A stretch of 64,000 nt of DNA from Anaeramoeba ignava BMAN. Taxonomy: Eukaryota > Protista > Anaeramoebae. The stretch is taken from contig JAPDFW010000090.1 in assembly GCA_028826165.1 (NCBI GenBank), positions 186,001 to 250,000 of the forward strand, in the 5' to 3' direction. A model generated the notes under the pieces. The model was not told the origin of the DNA. It was given only the letters and a program-made list of their open reading frames with translations, and did not search any database. This document shows positions 23,560-37,900 of this stretch, piece by piece; position 1 is the first letter of the stretch; the number at the start of each line of letters is the position of its first letter. Made by a program: the position numbers and the translations under genes.

Positions 23560-23980
23560 TTTACAAGAAAAATGAAAAAATGCAAAATTAAATCAAAAAA
23601 TGAAAAATGAAAAAATGAAATTAAATTCAAAATGAAAAAATGAAAAAATGAAAAATGAAATTCAAAATCAATTTAAAATCAAATTTAAAATCAAAATTAA
23701 AATCAAAATGAAAATCAAAATTAAAATCAAAATTAAAATCAAAATTAAAATCAAAATCAAATTTAAAATCAAATTTAAAATTAAAATTAAAATCAAAATC
23801 AAAATTAAAATCAAAATTAAAATCAAAATTAAAATTAAAATTAAAATTAAAATTAAAATTAAAATCAAAATTAAAATTAAATTTTAAATCAAAATTAAAA
23901 ATCAAAATCAAAAATCAAAATTAAAAATCAAAATTAAAATCAAAATTAAATTTTAAATTAAAATTAAAAAAGTTTATTCA

Positions 23981-25093
23981 TTAAATGTCATATTTCTCAT
24001 TCAATAAACTCATTGATTCTTCTTTTCTTCTTTTCCTTTTCCTAAAAGAGATCCAAAAAACAAAAACAGAGACAATAATAACAATAATAAAGCAAATCAA
24101 AGCAGAAACAAAAACAGAAGTTTCATTTCTATTATAAACAATAGAATTCAAATAAAGACCCAAATAAATCCAAGGGAAAAAGGGGTCTCTAAAGAAGTAA
24201 ATAAGGAAGAGAAGGATAATAAAAGAAAGGAAGATAAGGAAGATGCAGCCACTTTTAGTAGAAAGCCAGTTATGCGGGTCAACATGGTACGAGACCATGA
24301 GGATATTGAAGAGAAGAAGGGTGATAATCCAAGACAAAAAAAGCGAGAAAGGACCATGAACAAACAATAATTCACCCCAAGATGCATAATCAGGCTCCGG
24401 CTCATAAGCAACATTCATTTCATCAAGCAAAATAGCATCTTCGGGTTTATCATCATCCAAATCAATTCCCGAATTTTGATCCTGATTTTCACTTTGGGTT
24501 TCAATAAAATTTTCTAGATCATTCGCGAAATAGTATTTCGGGTTTTGATCCGATCTCTCGTCGTTCTGATACTTCTTTCTTCGAAGCTGCCTGATCCAAG
24601 CGATTCCTTGCTTGAGCCGCCAACGACCCATTGTGCCGAGTCTTATGTAAATAGTGCCAGTAAACACAAGAAGAAGTGTCAATGGGATCAAAGTGTATTT
24701 GATTTTCCCCGCTTGCCAAAGAAACATATGAACAATGTCCAGCACTATACAAATTGGGAAGAATATATACACGCGAGATACTGCGCGTCTTCGGGTTTGT
24801 GTGTCTTGTGTGAAGACCAGAAAGAGGATAAAAAAAATGAAAATCACGTCAAGAATCCACCAAACAAAAAACATTTCCTGACCAGGAATGAACCAGTTTT
24901 TTGGCGAGTATTGCATCTTAGTACTCCCCATATCCACGAATTGATTCAAGATGTTGAGGAACCATAATATGAATACGCTTATTCCATAGCTGAATATGTA
25001 CCTGTGCGTATTTCCTGTTTCTTCTAATATTTCTACTATCCCTTCTTGTGATTGTGATTTGCTCATTTTCTCCCGTGATCTTGATTTGCGCAT
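23981..25093 (-). CDS. Polytopic membrane protein, TspO/tryptophan-rich-sensory-like (370 aa)
   Basis: About 8 hydrophobic helices; WFIPGQEMFFVWW, LFVHGPFSLFLSWI, FRDPFFPWIY resemble this family (from recall). Visibly more GC-rich than neighbours. Confidence 0.55.
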   Translation of the reverse strand: MRKSRSREKMSKSQSQEGIVEILEETGNTHRYIFSYGISVFILWFLNILNQFVDMGSTKMQYSPKNWFIPGQEMFFVWWILDVIFIFFILFLVFTQDTQTRRRAVSRVYIFFPICIVLDIVHMFLWQAGKIKYTLIPLTLLLVFTGTIYIRLGTMGRWRLKQGIAWIRQLRRKKYQNDERSDQNPKYYFANDLENFIETQSENQDQNSGIDLDDDKPEDAILLDEMNVAYEPEPDYASWGELLFVHGPFSLFLSWIITLLLFNILMVSYHVDPHNWLSTKSGCIFLIFLSFIILLFLIYFFRDPFFPWIYLGLYLNSIVYNRNETSVFVSALICFIIVIIVSVFVFWISFRKRKRRKEESMSLLNEKYDI

Positions 25094-25214
25094 TCGTTTC
25101 TTTTTTTCGGTTTTTTATGTCGAGAAATTTGAAAAATTATTTTTTCTGTAAAATTACTAATAAATTGAGAAAAAAAAAAGCAAAAAAGAAAAAAAAAATG
25201 AAAAAAATGAAAAA

Positions 25215-27010
25215 AATTTTTTTATATTTTTATTCCAATTTTTATTCCAATTTTTATTCAATTTTTATTTCAGATTTTTATTTTTATTCATATTTTTTTA
25301 TTTATATTTTTATTTTGATTTTTATTTATATTTATATTTATATTTTTATTTTTATATTTTTATTTATATTTTTATTTATATTTTTATTTATATTTTATTT
25401 TTTATTTTATTTTTATTTTTTTTTTATTTTTTTTATTTATATTTTTATTTATATTTTTATTTATATTTTTATTTATATTTTTATTTATATTTTTATTCTA
25501 ATTTTTTTATTTATATTTTTTATTTATATTTTTATTTTATTTTTTTTTATTTTTATTTTATTTTTATTTTTATATTTTTTTTGTTTTTTTTTTTTTTTTA
25601 TATTTTTATTTATATTTTTATTTTATTTTTATTTATATTTTTATTTATATTTTTATTTAATTTTTTATTTTATTTTTATTTAGATTTTTATTTATATTTT
25701 TATTTATATTTATATTTTTATTTTTAGTTTTATTTTATATTTTTATTTATATTTTTATTTATATTTTTATTTATATTTTTATTTATATTTATATTTATAT
25801 TTTTATTTATATTTTTATTTATATTTTTATTTATATTTTTATTTATATTTTTATTTATATTTTTTATTCCACTTTTTATTTATATTTTTATTTATATTTT
25901 TTTTTTATTTATTTTTTTATTTTTATTTATATTTTTATTTTTTTTTATATTTTTATTTTATTTTTATTTATATTTTTTTATTTATATTTTTATTTATATT
26001 TTTATTTATATTTTTATTCCATTTTATATTTTTATTTTAATTTTTTTTTTATTTATGTTTTTTTTTATTTTTATTTATATTTTATTTTTATATTTTTATT
26101 TATATTTTTTTATTTTTATTTTTTTTTTTATATTTTTATTTATATTTTTATTTATATTTTTATTTTATTTTTATTTATATTTTTATTTTATATTTTATTT
26201 ATATTTTTATATTTATATTTTTATTTATATTTTATTTATTTTTATTTTTTTTTTTATTTTTATTTATATTTTTATTTTATTTTTATTTATATTTTTATTC
26301 AATTTTTATTTATATTTTTATTTTATTTTTATTTTTATTTATATTTTTATTTTTATTTATATTTTTATTTATATTTTTATTTATATTTTGATTTATATTT
26401 TTATTTATATTTTTATTTTATTTTTTTTATTTTTTTTATTTTTATTTATATTTTTTATTTTTATTTTTATTTATATTTTTTTTATATTTTTATTTTATTT
26501 TTATTTTATTTTTTATTTTTATTTTTTTTATTTATATTTTTATTTATATTTTTATTTATATTTTTATTTATATTTTTATTTATATTTTATTTATATTTTT
26601 ATTTTTTATTTATGTTTTTTATTTTATATTTTTATTTATATTTTTATTTATATTTTATTTTTATTTTATTTTTTTATTTATATTTTTATTTTTTTTTTTA
26701 TTTCAATTTTTTATTCCAATTTTTATTCCAATTTTTATTTATATTTTTATTCATATTTTTTTATATTTATTTTTTTTTATATTTTTATTTATATTTTTAT
26801 TTATATTTTTATTTATATTTTTATTCCACTTTTATTCCATTTATATTTTTATTTATATTTTTATTTATATTTTTATTTATATTTTTATTCCACTTTTATT
26901 TATATTTTTATTTATATTTTTATTTATATTTTTATTTAATTTTTATTTATATTTTTATTTATATTTTTATTTCTACTTTTTATTTATATTTTTATTTATG
27001 CTTTTATTTT
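25215..27010. repeat. 12-bp minisatellite (TTTTTATTTATA / TTTTTATTCCAA), partly degenerate
   Basis: Units are visible; the F/I/Y ORFs at 25048-27016 are translations of this repeat. Confidence 0.93.
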
Positions 27011-29335
27011 AATTAAAAACTGAAAAATATAAATAATCTGTTTGAGATTGTTTCATCTTCATTTCATCTTTTTCAAACCCTCTTTCATCCTCAATTTCTT
27101 CACTAATACTCTTCATAAGAAACCTCAAAACCTCAAAAAATCTTTCTAAACTTAAATCAACTTTAACAGAAATTTCTCTGGAAAACTTTCGAAATAATAA
27201 TCGAATCACAAACTGAAAATCTTTTCTTTTCATACAATTAATTCGACACAATATTTCATCTTTTTCTCTTAAAAACATTATTAAACACCGATTTGGAATA
27301 TGAATGATTTGATTTTGGATTTTGATTTTGATTTTGATTTTGATTTTGATTTTGATTTCCTTTTTCATCTTCAAAAATATCTAAAAATTTTTCGAAAATT
27401 CTTGAAATAAACTTCTTTTCAAATTTCCTTGTAATCCTAATAAAATTGAATGAGAAACTAACTTCATAAATTGCTCTTCATTAAAATCTATAAAATTCCC
27501 TTTTAGACTCGATATACTCAATTGAGTTGAATAGGAAATTGTATTGCTTGATAATATTTTATTCTCTAAACTCGTTTCATTCATTCTTTTTTGAATATCA
27601 GAATTCTTGGAATTCTTCAATATTGTCCCATACAACAAATCTTCAAATCTCATAGTGTATTGATCTACTCTTATGCACTTTGTTGATTTCCTTTTTTCTT
27701 CATTTTCAAATGTAAACTTCACAAAAATTTTCACTTCAAGATCGACTTGATACTTTAAAATTTCTGGAATTATTTTTGTTCTTGATAATAGTTCGACTTT
27801 CTCATATTTTTCCACAACTAAAAATTGATTTGATTTACATTTCCAAACACCTTTTGAAAAAACAGGGAAAACAGAAACAAATTTAATATCATTTTGCATT
27901 ACATTTTCAACTAAAACTTGAACAATCAAATAATCCTCCATAATTTGATGATGTTTTCCCACAACCAAAATTTGTTTGTTGATATCAATATCGATATCGA
28001 TATCATTTTCAATATCAAGATCTTGATTTTCCATTTCTTTAATCTTGTTATGCCCAATAAAGGTAATTAAATCCTTTTCTCTTTTTTGACCAGATTGGCA
28101 ATATTCAAGAAATTTTTCCTTTTCCATTAACATTTTTCTCATTTCTGATACTTTTGCTTTTGTGGATTGGACAATTCCCATCAATCCAAAATAAAACTTC
28201 ATCAAGCTTTCTTCTGTTGTTTGATTACTGCTTTTCTCTTTTTCATTATCATTTGGAAACTGATTTCCACAAAAATTCCATTTTTCTTCGTCCAAAAATT
28301 TCAATTCAACTTTTCTGTTTTTTTGCAAAGCAACAACAACTGATCCATTTTTAAAATTTCCAATAAAAAGATCCTCAATTTGGCCTTCATTTTCGGGGAT
28401 TGATATGGAATTAAGAATCGAGAAATCCACAAGATTAAATATCAAAATGTTTTGTCGATTGTAAACAAAAACTATTGGGATTTCCGGAAGTTGATTGTAA
28501 ATTTTGATTGATTTGGCAATAAATTTAGCATCAAAACATTTTAAAATTATCCACTCAGAATTAAATATCAGAATTGCGTTATTTTTTGTGGAGATGATGA
28601 AATAAAGACGGTTTCCAATTTGATGAATATGAGGTCGAAAACAAACAATAGAAGATGAAAAGGAATCAGGAAATTTCTCAAAAGATACTTGTTTTTTTCC
28701 ATTTCGAAAATGCGCTTTATCAATAATTGCTGAGAGAATTCTCTTCTTTTTGTTTTTCCTGTTGAAAATCAAAACAATCAATTGAATTCCCATTTTTGAT
28801 AAATGATATTCAAAATCAATAAAATGAATTTTTTTGACAATTTCTTGTTTTTTTTTGTCAACAATTTCCTTTTCATTCCAAATCAATTCATAGTCTTGAT
28901 CCACAAAAGTATTCTTTTGGATTAAAGTAGGTTTTGTATTGAGTGAAAATTGAGTGAATTTTTGTTCAATTCCAAGAAATAAAATTGATGGTCCATCGAT
29001 TAAAATGATTGATTCTCCAATTTTTTCATTTTTTGGAACATCTTTTACTACAAGTATTTTCATTTTTTCAATTGAAAACGAATCAAAGTGAATTTTATAA
29101 AGTTGGATCTTTGTTTCTTTTTTTTTCTTCAGTATTTTTGAAACAACTAAAATAAAGCAAGTTAACAATCCATAATTTTTATCAACAACTTTTTTTAATT
29201 GAAAATAAACTGGTTTGTTTATTGAATATTTTATTTTTTCTTGTTGTTTTGTGAATTGTGTTTCATTTTGTGTGTAAATTCTAATTTTGAGTTTAATTTT
29301 TTCTTTTTTTTCTTGATTTGTTTGTTTTTGTTCAT
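27009..29335 (-). CDS. FANCB-like protein (start uncertain; frameshift near 27380)
   Basis: The reading frame stays open upstream of 29168. ILIDGPSILF, DLFIGNFKNGS, coiled coil VSEMRKMLMEKEKFL, DLITFIG and LVVGKHHQIMEDYLIVQV follow the order of FANCB segments as recalled. Confidence 0.55.
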
Positions 29336-29479
29336 TTTGATTTTTAGTTTTTAGTTTTTTGTTTTTAGATTTTTTTTGAGAAGATTTTTGAAAAATGAAA
29401 AATGAAAAAGAAAAATGAAAATTGAATAATTTTATAAAAAAATATGAAAAAAAATAACATTTTTAAAAAAATTTTTGAA

Positions 29480-31400
29480 AAAAATATTAAATAAATATAA
29501 AAATGAAAAAATTAAAAAATGGAATAAAATATGGAATAAATATAATTAAAAATGGAATTAAATAAATATAAAAATTAAAAAATATGGAATTAAAAATATA
29601 ATTAAAAAATGTGGAATAAATTTAATTAAAAAATATTAAATAAATATAATTAAAAAATGTGGAATAAATTTAATTAAAAAATGTTAAATAAATATAATTA
29701 AAAAATATGGAATAAATATAATTAAAAAATATTAAATAAATATAATTAAAAAATATTAAATAAATTTAATTAAAAAATATGGAATAAATTTAATTAAAAA
29801 ATATGGAATAAATATAATTAAAAAATATTAAATAAATTTAATTAAAAAATATTAAATAAATTTAATTAAAAATATGGAATAAATTTAATTAAAAATATTA
29901 AATAAATTTAATTAAAAATATGGAATAAATTTAATTAAAAATATGGAATAAATTTAATTAAAAATGGAATAAATTTAATTAAAAAATATTAAATAAATAT
30001 AATTAAAAAAATATTAAATAAATAAAAAATTTGAATAAATATAATTAAAAATATTAAATAAATTTAATTAAAAATATTAAAAATAAAAATATTAAATAAT
30101 TTAATTAAAAATATTAAATAAGTTTAATTAAAAATGTTAAAAAAATTAATTAAAAATATGGAAATAAATATAATTATTAAATAAATTTAAAATTAAAAAT
30201 ATTAATTAAAAATATTAAATAAATTTAATTAAAAATGTTAAATAAATTTAATTAAAAAATATGGAATAAATTTAATTAAAAATATTAAATAAATTTAATT
30301 AAAAATATGGAATAAATATAATTAAAAATGTTGAATAAATTTAATTAAAAAATTAAATAAATTTAATTAAAAATATGGAATAAATTTAATTAAAAATATG
30401 GAATAAATATAATTAAAAATATTGAATAAATATAATTAAAGAAAATATTAAATAAATATAATTAAAAATGTTAAATAAATTTAATTAAAAATATTGGAAT
30501 AAATATAATTAAAAATATTAAATAAATTTAATTAAAAAATGGAATAAATATAATTAAAAAAATGTAAAATAAATTAAAAATATGGAATAAATTTAATTAA
30601 AAATATGGAATAAATATAATTAAAAATATTAAATATAATTAAAAATGTTGAATAAATATAATTAAAAATATTAAATAAATTTAATTAAAAATATGGAATA
30701 AATTTAAATAATTAAAAATATTAAAAAATTAAATAAATTTAATTAAAAATGTTGAATAAATATAATTAAAAATGTTAAATAAATTTAATTAAAAAATGGA
30801 ATATAATTAAAAATGTTAAATAAATTTAATTAAAAAAATTTAATTAAAAATGTTAAAATAAATATAATTAAAAAAAATAAATTTAAATAAAAATTAATTA
30901 AAAATGTTAAATAAATTTAATTAAAAATGTGGAATAAATTTAATTAAAAATATTAAATAAATTTAATTAAAAATGGAATAAATTTAATTAAAAATGGAAT
31001 TAAAAATAAATTTAATTAAAAATATTAAATAAATTTAATTAAAAAATAATTAAAATATGGAATAAATTTAATTAAAAAATATATTATGGAATAAATTTAA
31101 TTAAAAATATTAAATAAATTTAATTAAAAATATTAAATAAATTTAATTAAAAATATGGAATAAATTTAATTAAAAATATTAAATAAATTTAATTAAAAAT
31201 ATTAAATAAATTTAATTAAAAATAAATTTAATTAAAAAATATTAAATAAATTTAATTAAAAATGGAATAAATTTAATTAAAAAATATTAAATAAATTTAA
31301 TTAAAAAATATTAAATAAATATAATTAAAAAATATTAAATAAATATAATTAAAAAATGTGGAATAAATTTAATTAAAAAATATTAAATAAATTTAATTAA
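29480..31400. repeat. 23-24-bp minisatellite (AAAAATATTAAATAAATTTAATT / AAAAATATGGAATAAATTTAATT) between divergent genes
   Basis: About 1.9 kb of visible tandem units. Confidence 0.95.
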
Positions 31401-31541
31401 ATTCCTAAATAAAAATGGATTTAAAAATGATTTATTGAGAAAATGCCAAAAAATTAATTTAAAATTTTTTGATTTTTTAAAAATTTCATTTTTCAATTTT
31501 TTTGAAATTAAATTAAATTAAATTAAATTTAAATAAAAAAA

Positions 31542-34500
31542 ATGGATTTTGAATATCATGTTGAATTAACATCACCAATTTATTTTAATCCAAAACGATA
31601 TCAATTTGTGAAATTTGATACATCAACACAAAATTTAATACTTTTAAAAGAAGGGATAATAAAATGTAAAGAATTTTATACATTAAAGAAGGAAAAATTA
31701 AAGTAAATTTTTTTAAATAAATAAAAATAATAAAAAAAAATTTGATTAAAAAAAATTTTTTTTTTCCTTATTCATTTATTCATAAAAGAATTCCGTTAAT
31801 TGCAAATAATGACACTATTCTTGATTTATCTATTTCTCCTAAAAAGAATTATGCAATTATTTTTAGAAATTCTGCTCGTTTTATTGAAATTTTTTCTTTT
31901 GTTTCAAATACTAAGTTTCCTTATCCTTATCAAAAAGGTTTTAAAAATAATTATCATTTTTTGGGAATTGAATGGATAAATGATGAACAATTTTTATTAA
32001 TCACTGAATCTACTTTAGAATATTTACAAGTATTTTTTTATTAAATAAAATTAAAATTAAAATTAAAATTAAAATTAAAATTAAAAATAAAATTAAAATT
32101 AAAATTAAAATTAAAATTAAAATCAAAATCAAAATTAAAAAATATTAGATAAACATGAGAAAACTTTCTGTCAAAAAAATCAACAAATTTAATCATAAAC
32201 CTATTCAATCATTTACATTTTCTGTAAATTTAAAAATTAAACAAAATATTTAGAATTTTTTGAAAAATTAATTTTCAAAAAACAAATTTTCAGTTTGAAA
32301 ATAAAATGATAATGTTATTCACAGGAAATAATGGATCAACAGCAAGAGGTTATCAATTTAAAGGAAAACAATTGATAAAATTGCCTGCATTTACATTACA
32401 AGAAGAACTTATCAAAACAAAAACTAAAGGAAAAACCACTAAAAAATTAACAAGTCAAAAAATATTAAACAAATGTTTAAAAATTTCCAAAAAATTATTC
32501 CTTTTACAAATTTATAGCAATTTATATTGTTTACAAATTATTCAATCAAAAGAAAATAAAAGTCGAATTATTCTTTATGAATTAACTAAGAATATTATTT
32601 CAACAAAAGTTATTGAAATTCCTTTTTTGAAATTAAACTTTTCTTTAAGTCTTGTTGATAATTTAATACTTATTCATGCTTTGGATTTAAAAGTCACTCT
32701 TATTTATGATATTCGTGCAAAAAATGAAGATGAATCAATGGTTACTTGTCCACTTTCAATTAAACCTTTTATTCCTGAAAATAAAAAAGGAAATTTAAAG
32801 GAAAATAGATTTGAAACTTTAATTGGAAATCCATTTGAAGATTTAAATGAAATTAAAGAAAATAATGAAATTAAAGAAATTAAAGAAATTAAAGAAAATA
32901 ATGAAATTAAAGAAAATAATGAAAATAAAGAAATTAATGAAAATAATGAAAATAAAGAAAATAATGAAAATAAAGAAATTAAAGAAAATAAAGAAATTAA
33001 AGAAAATAAAGAAATTAATCAAATTAATGAAATTAAAGAAATTAAAGAAATTAATGAAATTAATGAAATTAAAGAAAATAATCAAATTAATCAAAATAAT
33101 GAAATTAATGAAATTAAAGAAAATAAAGAAAATAAAGAAAATAAAGAAAATAATGAAAATAATGAAAATAATGAAATTAATGAAATTAATGAAAATAATC
33201 AAAATAAAGAAAATAATGAAATTAATGAAAATAATGAAAATAATGAAATTAAAGAAATTAAAGAAATTAATGAAAATAATCAAAATAATGAAATTAAAGA
33301 AAATCAAAATTTCTTAATTAAAAAATTAAATCAAAATAATGATATCGAAATTAATGAAAACAAAATAGAATTATACAAACCTGAATGGATTCATTATCCT
33401 CCAAATTTCTTATTTGATCCTGTTGATGGATTTTTATGTATTTATGATATTAATTTACGTTCAGTTTCTTTATGTATCCCTGATAAAGTTTCTCAAATCC
33501 AATTTTTATTAAGAAGATCACATTCAAAAAAACTTTTAATTAATTTCATTTACTCTTTAATTATTGGAGCAGAAAATCCCTATTTTATATTCTATTTATT
33601 TGATGTTATTAATAATATATATAAATCTATTGATTATGCTGTTTTTCCAAAAAAGTCATTTAAAAACTCACGTTCTTCCTCTCAAAATGTTATTAAATCA
33701 AAATACAATTCAAATTCAAATTTAAACTCAAATTCAAATTCAAATTCAAATTCAAACTCAAATTCAAATTATCATAAAAGATCTTCATTATCAAATCAAA
33801 AAATTAAAGAAAATCGAAATGAATTCACTGAAATTACTACTTTGAAAAGGGTTAAATCTGATATTATCAAAAAAACAAATAATCATCAAAATGAAAATCA
33901 AAATGAAAATAAAAATCCAAAACCTCGATCTAAATTAAATCAAATTCAAAATTTAATTGAAAATCAAGAAAATTCAAATCAAAATTCAAATCAAAATTCA
34001 AATCAAAATTCAAATCAAAATTCAAATCAAAATCAAAATCAAAATCAAAATCAAAATCAAAATCAAAATCAAAATCAAAATCAAAATCAAAATCAAAATT
34101 CAAATCAAAATTCAAATCAAAATCAAAATCAAAATCAAAATCAAAATAAAAATCAAAATTCAAATCAAAATTCAAATCAAAATTCAAATCAAAATTCAAA
34201 TCAAAACCAAAATCAAAATTCAAATCAAAATTCAAATCAAAATCAAAACCAAAATTTAAACCAAAAAAATGTATTTATTTCACCAAAAACAAATACAGAT
34301 GGATATGTAGTTTTATCACAAAACGATTTTCTAAAATACATTTTTCTTCCATTAATCCAAAAAGATCAAATCACTGAAGAACATTTTGGAGTTTTTATAA
34401 CAGGATATATTTATAGTTTATATCAATCAAAAATTCAAGTACAAAATCAATTAGGAACTTTATTTCTCGAAAACTTATTGAAACAAAAAAAATACTTTGA

Positions 34501-34900
34501 AGTTTCTTATTGTATTTTTCATCAAGTTGTTCCAGTTTCAAAAGAATTTTCACTTCATTTAGCAAGTGTTTATAAAAGTCATGAAAACATTTTTTTTCTT
34601 GCTTTAGATATTCTTCATAAACTTAATGAATGGGAATTAATTATTAATATTCTTTTATCAAGAAAAATGATTATGAATATACTTAAATTTATTAAAAATC
34701 AAAAATTACTTCCTTTTATTCAACTTTCAATAATTGCTTCAATTTTGGAAACTTCTTATTTTTTTGCTGATCCTCTTCAATATTTTACTGCTTTTTCTTT
34801 TTTCAAATTTCGTTTAAAAGAAGATGATCGTTTATATCAACATTTTTCAAATTATTTACAACTTATTTTCTCAAAATGGGAACAAAAAAAAGAATATTAA
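31542..34900 (+). CDS. RMC1: Regulator of MON1-CCZ1 (RMC1/C18orf8/Mic1); exons 31542-31702, 31789-32029, 32149-32223, 32294-34900
   Basis: GT-AG introns join in frame. Motifs FLGIEWINDEQFLLITESTLEYLQ, FSLSLVDNLILIHALD..IYDIR, ELYKPEWIHYPPNFLFD, IPDKVSQIQFLLRR, VLSQNDF; E/N/K and N/Q insertions. Confidence 0.9.
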
Positions 34901-34959
34901 GAAAAGAAAAGAAAAGAAAAGAAAAGAAAATCAAATTTATTTTTTATTCAATTTTTTAA

Positions 34960-37900
34960 TATTTTTTTTTTGTATTTTTTAAACTCTTTTCAAATAAAAA
35001 AAATACACTTAATTTCTTTAATCTTTTTTCACAATTTTTTCATTACTATTATTACTACTATTTGAATTTGAATTTGAATTTGAATTTGAATTTAAATTTT
35101 GGAAAAATGATTGCGATTGAAAAAAAAGAAAAAACTTTCGATAACTTTCTTTTTTGATTAATTCAAGATAACTTTTTGAAAAAGCTTGATGAGTAGAAAT
35201 TACAACAAATAAATGGTGAATTTCCTAAATAATTAAATTTAATTTAAATTAAAATCAAATTAAATCAAATCCAAATATTTAAATTTAAATTAAATTAAAT
35301 TAAATTAAATTAAATTTACAATAAATTGCCATCCAAATAATTTTTTATCAACTAATGATTGGAAAATCATTTTTAATTGAACAAAACAACTTGTAATAAT
35401 TTTTGCTAATTCACTCAATTCCTTAAAAACTTTTTTTGTTAATTTCTGATTATTATAAGATTCAAAAATTTTCCTAATACATGAAATTCCATAAATTTGA
35501 TTATAAATAGGTAATTGAGGACTAATTAACATAATCAATTGTTTTTTTTGTTCTTTTGTAATCAATCCCAAAGTTTTTAAGTCAAATAATTTCCATAAAT
35601 TTTTGCAATAGTTTTTTTGATTAGAATCAGAAAAAGCCAAAAAAATTCCGAAAAATATTTCCTTTGCTTCTTTTTGTTGAATGTGAGTTGTTAATAAGAA
35701 TTTTTTAAGTAAAATCACAAGGTCTGATTTAGATTGTTGATAATCAAATTTGAAATTCAGTAAAATTGAAGTGATATGACTAATATATTCAATTGAAATT
35801 GCTTGTTCTTTTTTCTTTTTTTTCTTCAATTTTTTCTGAGATATTTCTTGCTTTGATTTTGAAAGTAATTCCTTCATTATCAAAACAAGAATCGAAGTGA
35901 GATTTTTCCAGAAGTTTGAGATATAAATAAAATTCTTTGAATTTTTTTGATTTTTGGGAAGAATTGTATTTGATGTATTTCTTGAGATCAACCGAACAAA
36001 AGAATGGAAAACACTTGAAATCATATCGATAATTTGGGATCTCAAGTTAATATTTTCTGTTTTTTCCTTTTCTTGAATAAGATATTTAATATATTCAAAG
36101 ATTCTTTCTGAAAAATGAAATAAGTATCGAAATTGATTTTTGGAAATTTTGATTTCAATGATTTCAATTAAAAAACTTGTGTTGCATTTTTCAATCATAA
36201 TTTTAAGCAATGAAATTTGTTGCATTAATGTTTTCCAAATCCAGGAACAACAATAATCAACATGATTGAATCTTGTTTTATGGAGATCTAACAATGTTTT
36301 AATTAATTCCTTTAAATTTTTATTTATATTTGAAAGACAACTTTGTTTTTCATCAAAAGTTTCGTTTTGATGGAATAAATATTGAAGTAATAAAGCTGGA
36401 AATAGTGATGATATTTTGGATGGTCTTGAGATATCTTTTATGATATCTTTCACCACCATTTCATTCATTGTTATTCTGAAGCTGTTTGTTAGTGGTTCTA
36501 GTTTTTTTTTAAGCTCTTCAAGTAAATTAACATAATAAAAATCTATTCCGGAAAGGTTTCTTCTGATTAAACTTGTGTAATAATGAAGGAGAATATTTAC
36601 AACAAAGTATCTATTTGTGAACTTTTTTCAAATTAAATTAAATTAAATTAAATTAAATATTAAATTGAATTAAATATTGAATTAAATGTTAAATTAAATG
36701 TTAAATTAAATTAAATTGAATTAAATTGAATATTGAATATTGAATTAAATTAAATTTTGAATTAAATTTTAAATTAAATTAAATGTTAAATTAAATTAAA
36801 TTTTGAATTGAATATTAAATTAAATTTTAAATTTTGAATTAAATTTTTAAATGTTAAATTAAATTAAATTAATTTTTGAATTAAATTAAATTAAATTAAA
36901 TAAATTTTGAATTAAATTAAATTTTGAACTGAATTGAATGTTGTACATTTTTTAATCCAATTTCATTTGATGGTGAAATTATTGCTTTTTGATTTTTAAA
37001 ATTTGTTGCATAAGTTATGTAAAATAAATGTTTAAGATCATGTTTTGAAATATAATCACTTAAAACATCTGAACTTTCAAAATTTCCTTCATAAGTATCT
37101 TTAAGAATTTCAAGTACAAAATATGTTAACTATCAAATAAAAATGAATATAAATGTTTTAATTAAATTTCAATTTAAAATTAAAAATTTTTTGATTTAAC
37201 TAACTTTCCCATGTGTTAAAAATGAATTTGAATATAAAAATATTTCTAGAATTTCTTCAAATTCGCTTAATGACATTTTTAAAGAAATTGAATGGAAAAA
37301 AGATACCATAAATCCTTTAATAATATAATTTTGAATAAGTAATTTTTGGAATGTATCTAAAAATATTAAAGGATCTAAAATTAAATCCATCATAATTTCT
37401 ATTGTTGAAATATTATCTAAATTATGACAATATTTTTTCATTTTTTCTTTTTTTAAAATGATTCTCTAAATTTTGATTTTTTTTTAAATTGAAATTAAAT
37501 TGGAATTAAATTGAAATTTATTTTGATCTTTTCTTTTTTTTACTTCTGCTATTCTTTCATTTAAAATTGGATAATTAATTGATTGTAATTTATCTAGTTT
37601 ATATTCTATTTCTTTTTTTTTAAATTCTAAACTTAATTCTAATCTATTTTTTTCATTTTGTTCACTCCAATTAATTTTCTCTTTGAAATCATATTCTGGA
37701 ATTTGAAAAGAAATTTTTAATTTCTGATTCTAAAAAATTTTTTGTAATTTTTTAATTTTAAATTTGAATTTTAAATTTGAATTTTAATTTTAAATTTTTC
37801 AAAATCTACATTTGAAATATTGTTTGGAATTGAAAATAAACTTCTGGAATCTAAATCATTTCTTATAAGTGCAAAAGATTGAGATGAATTTGAATCAAAA

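Noticed and set aside
24545-24967. 140-aa antisense ORF within the membrane-protein gene
   Set aside because: Expected by chance given the higher GC; no recognisable motif.
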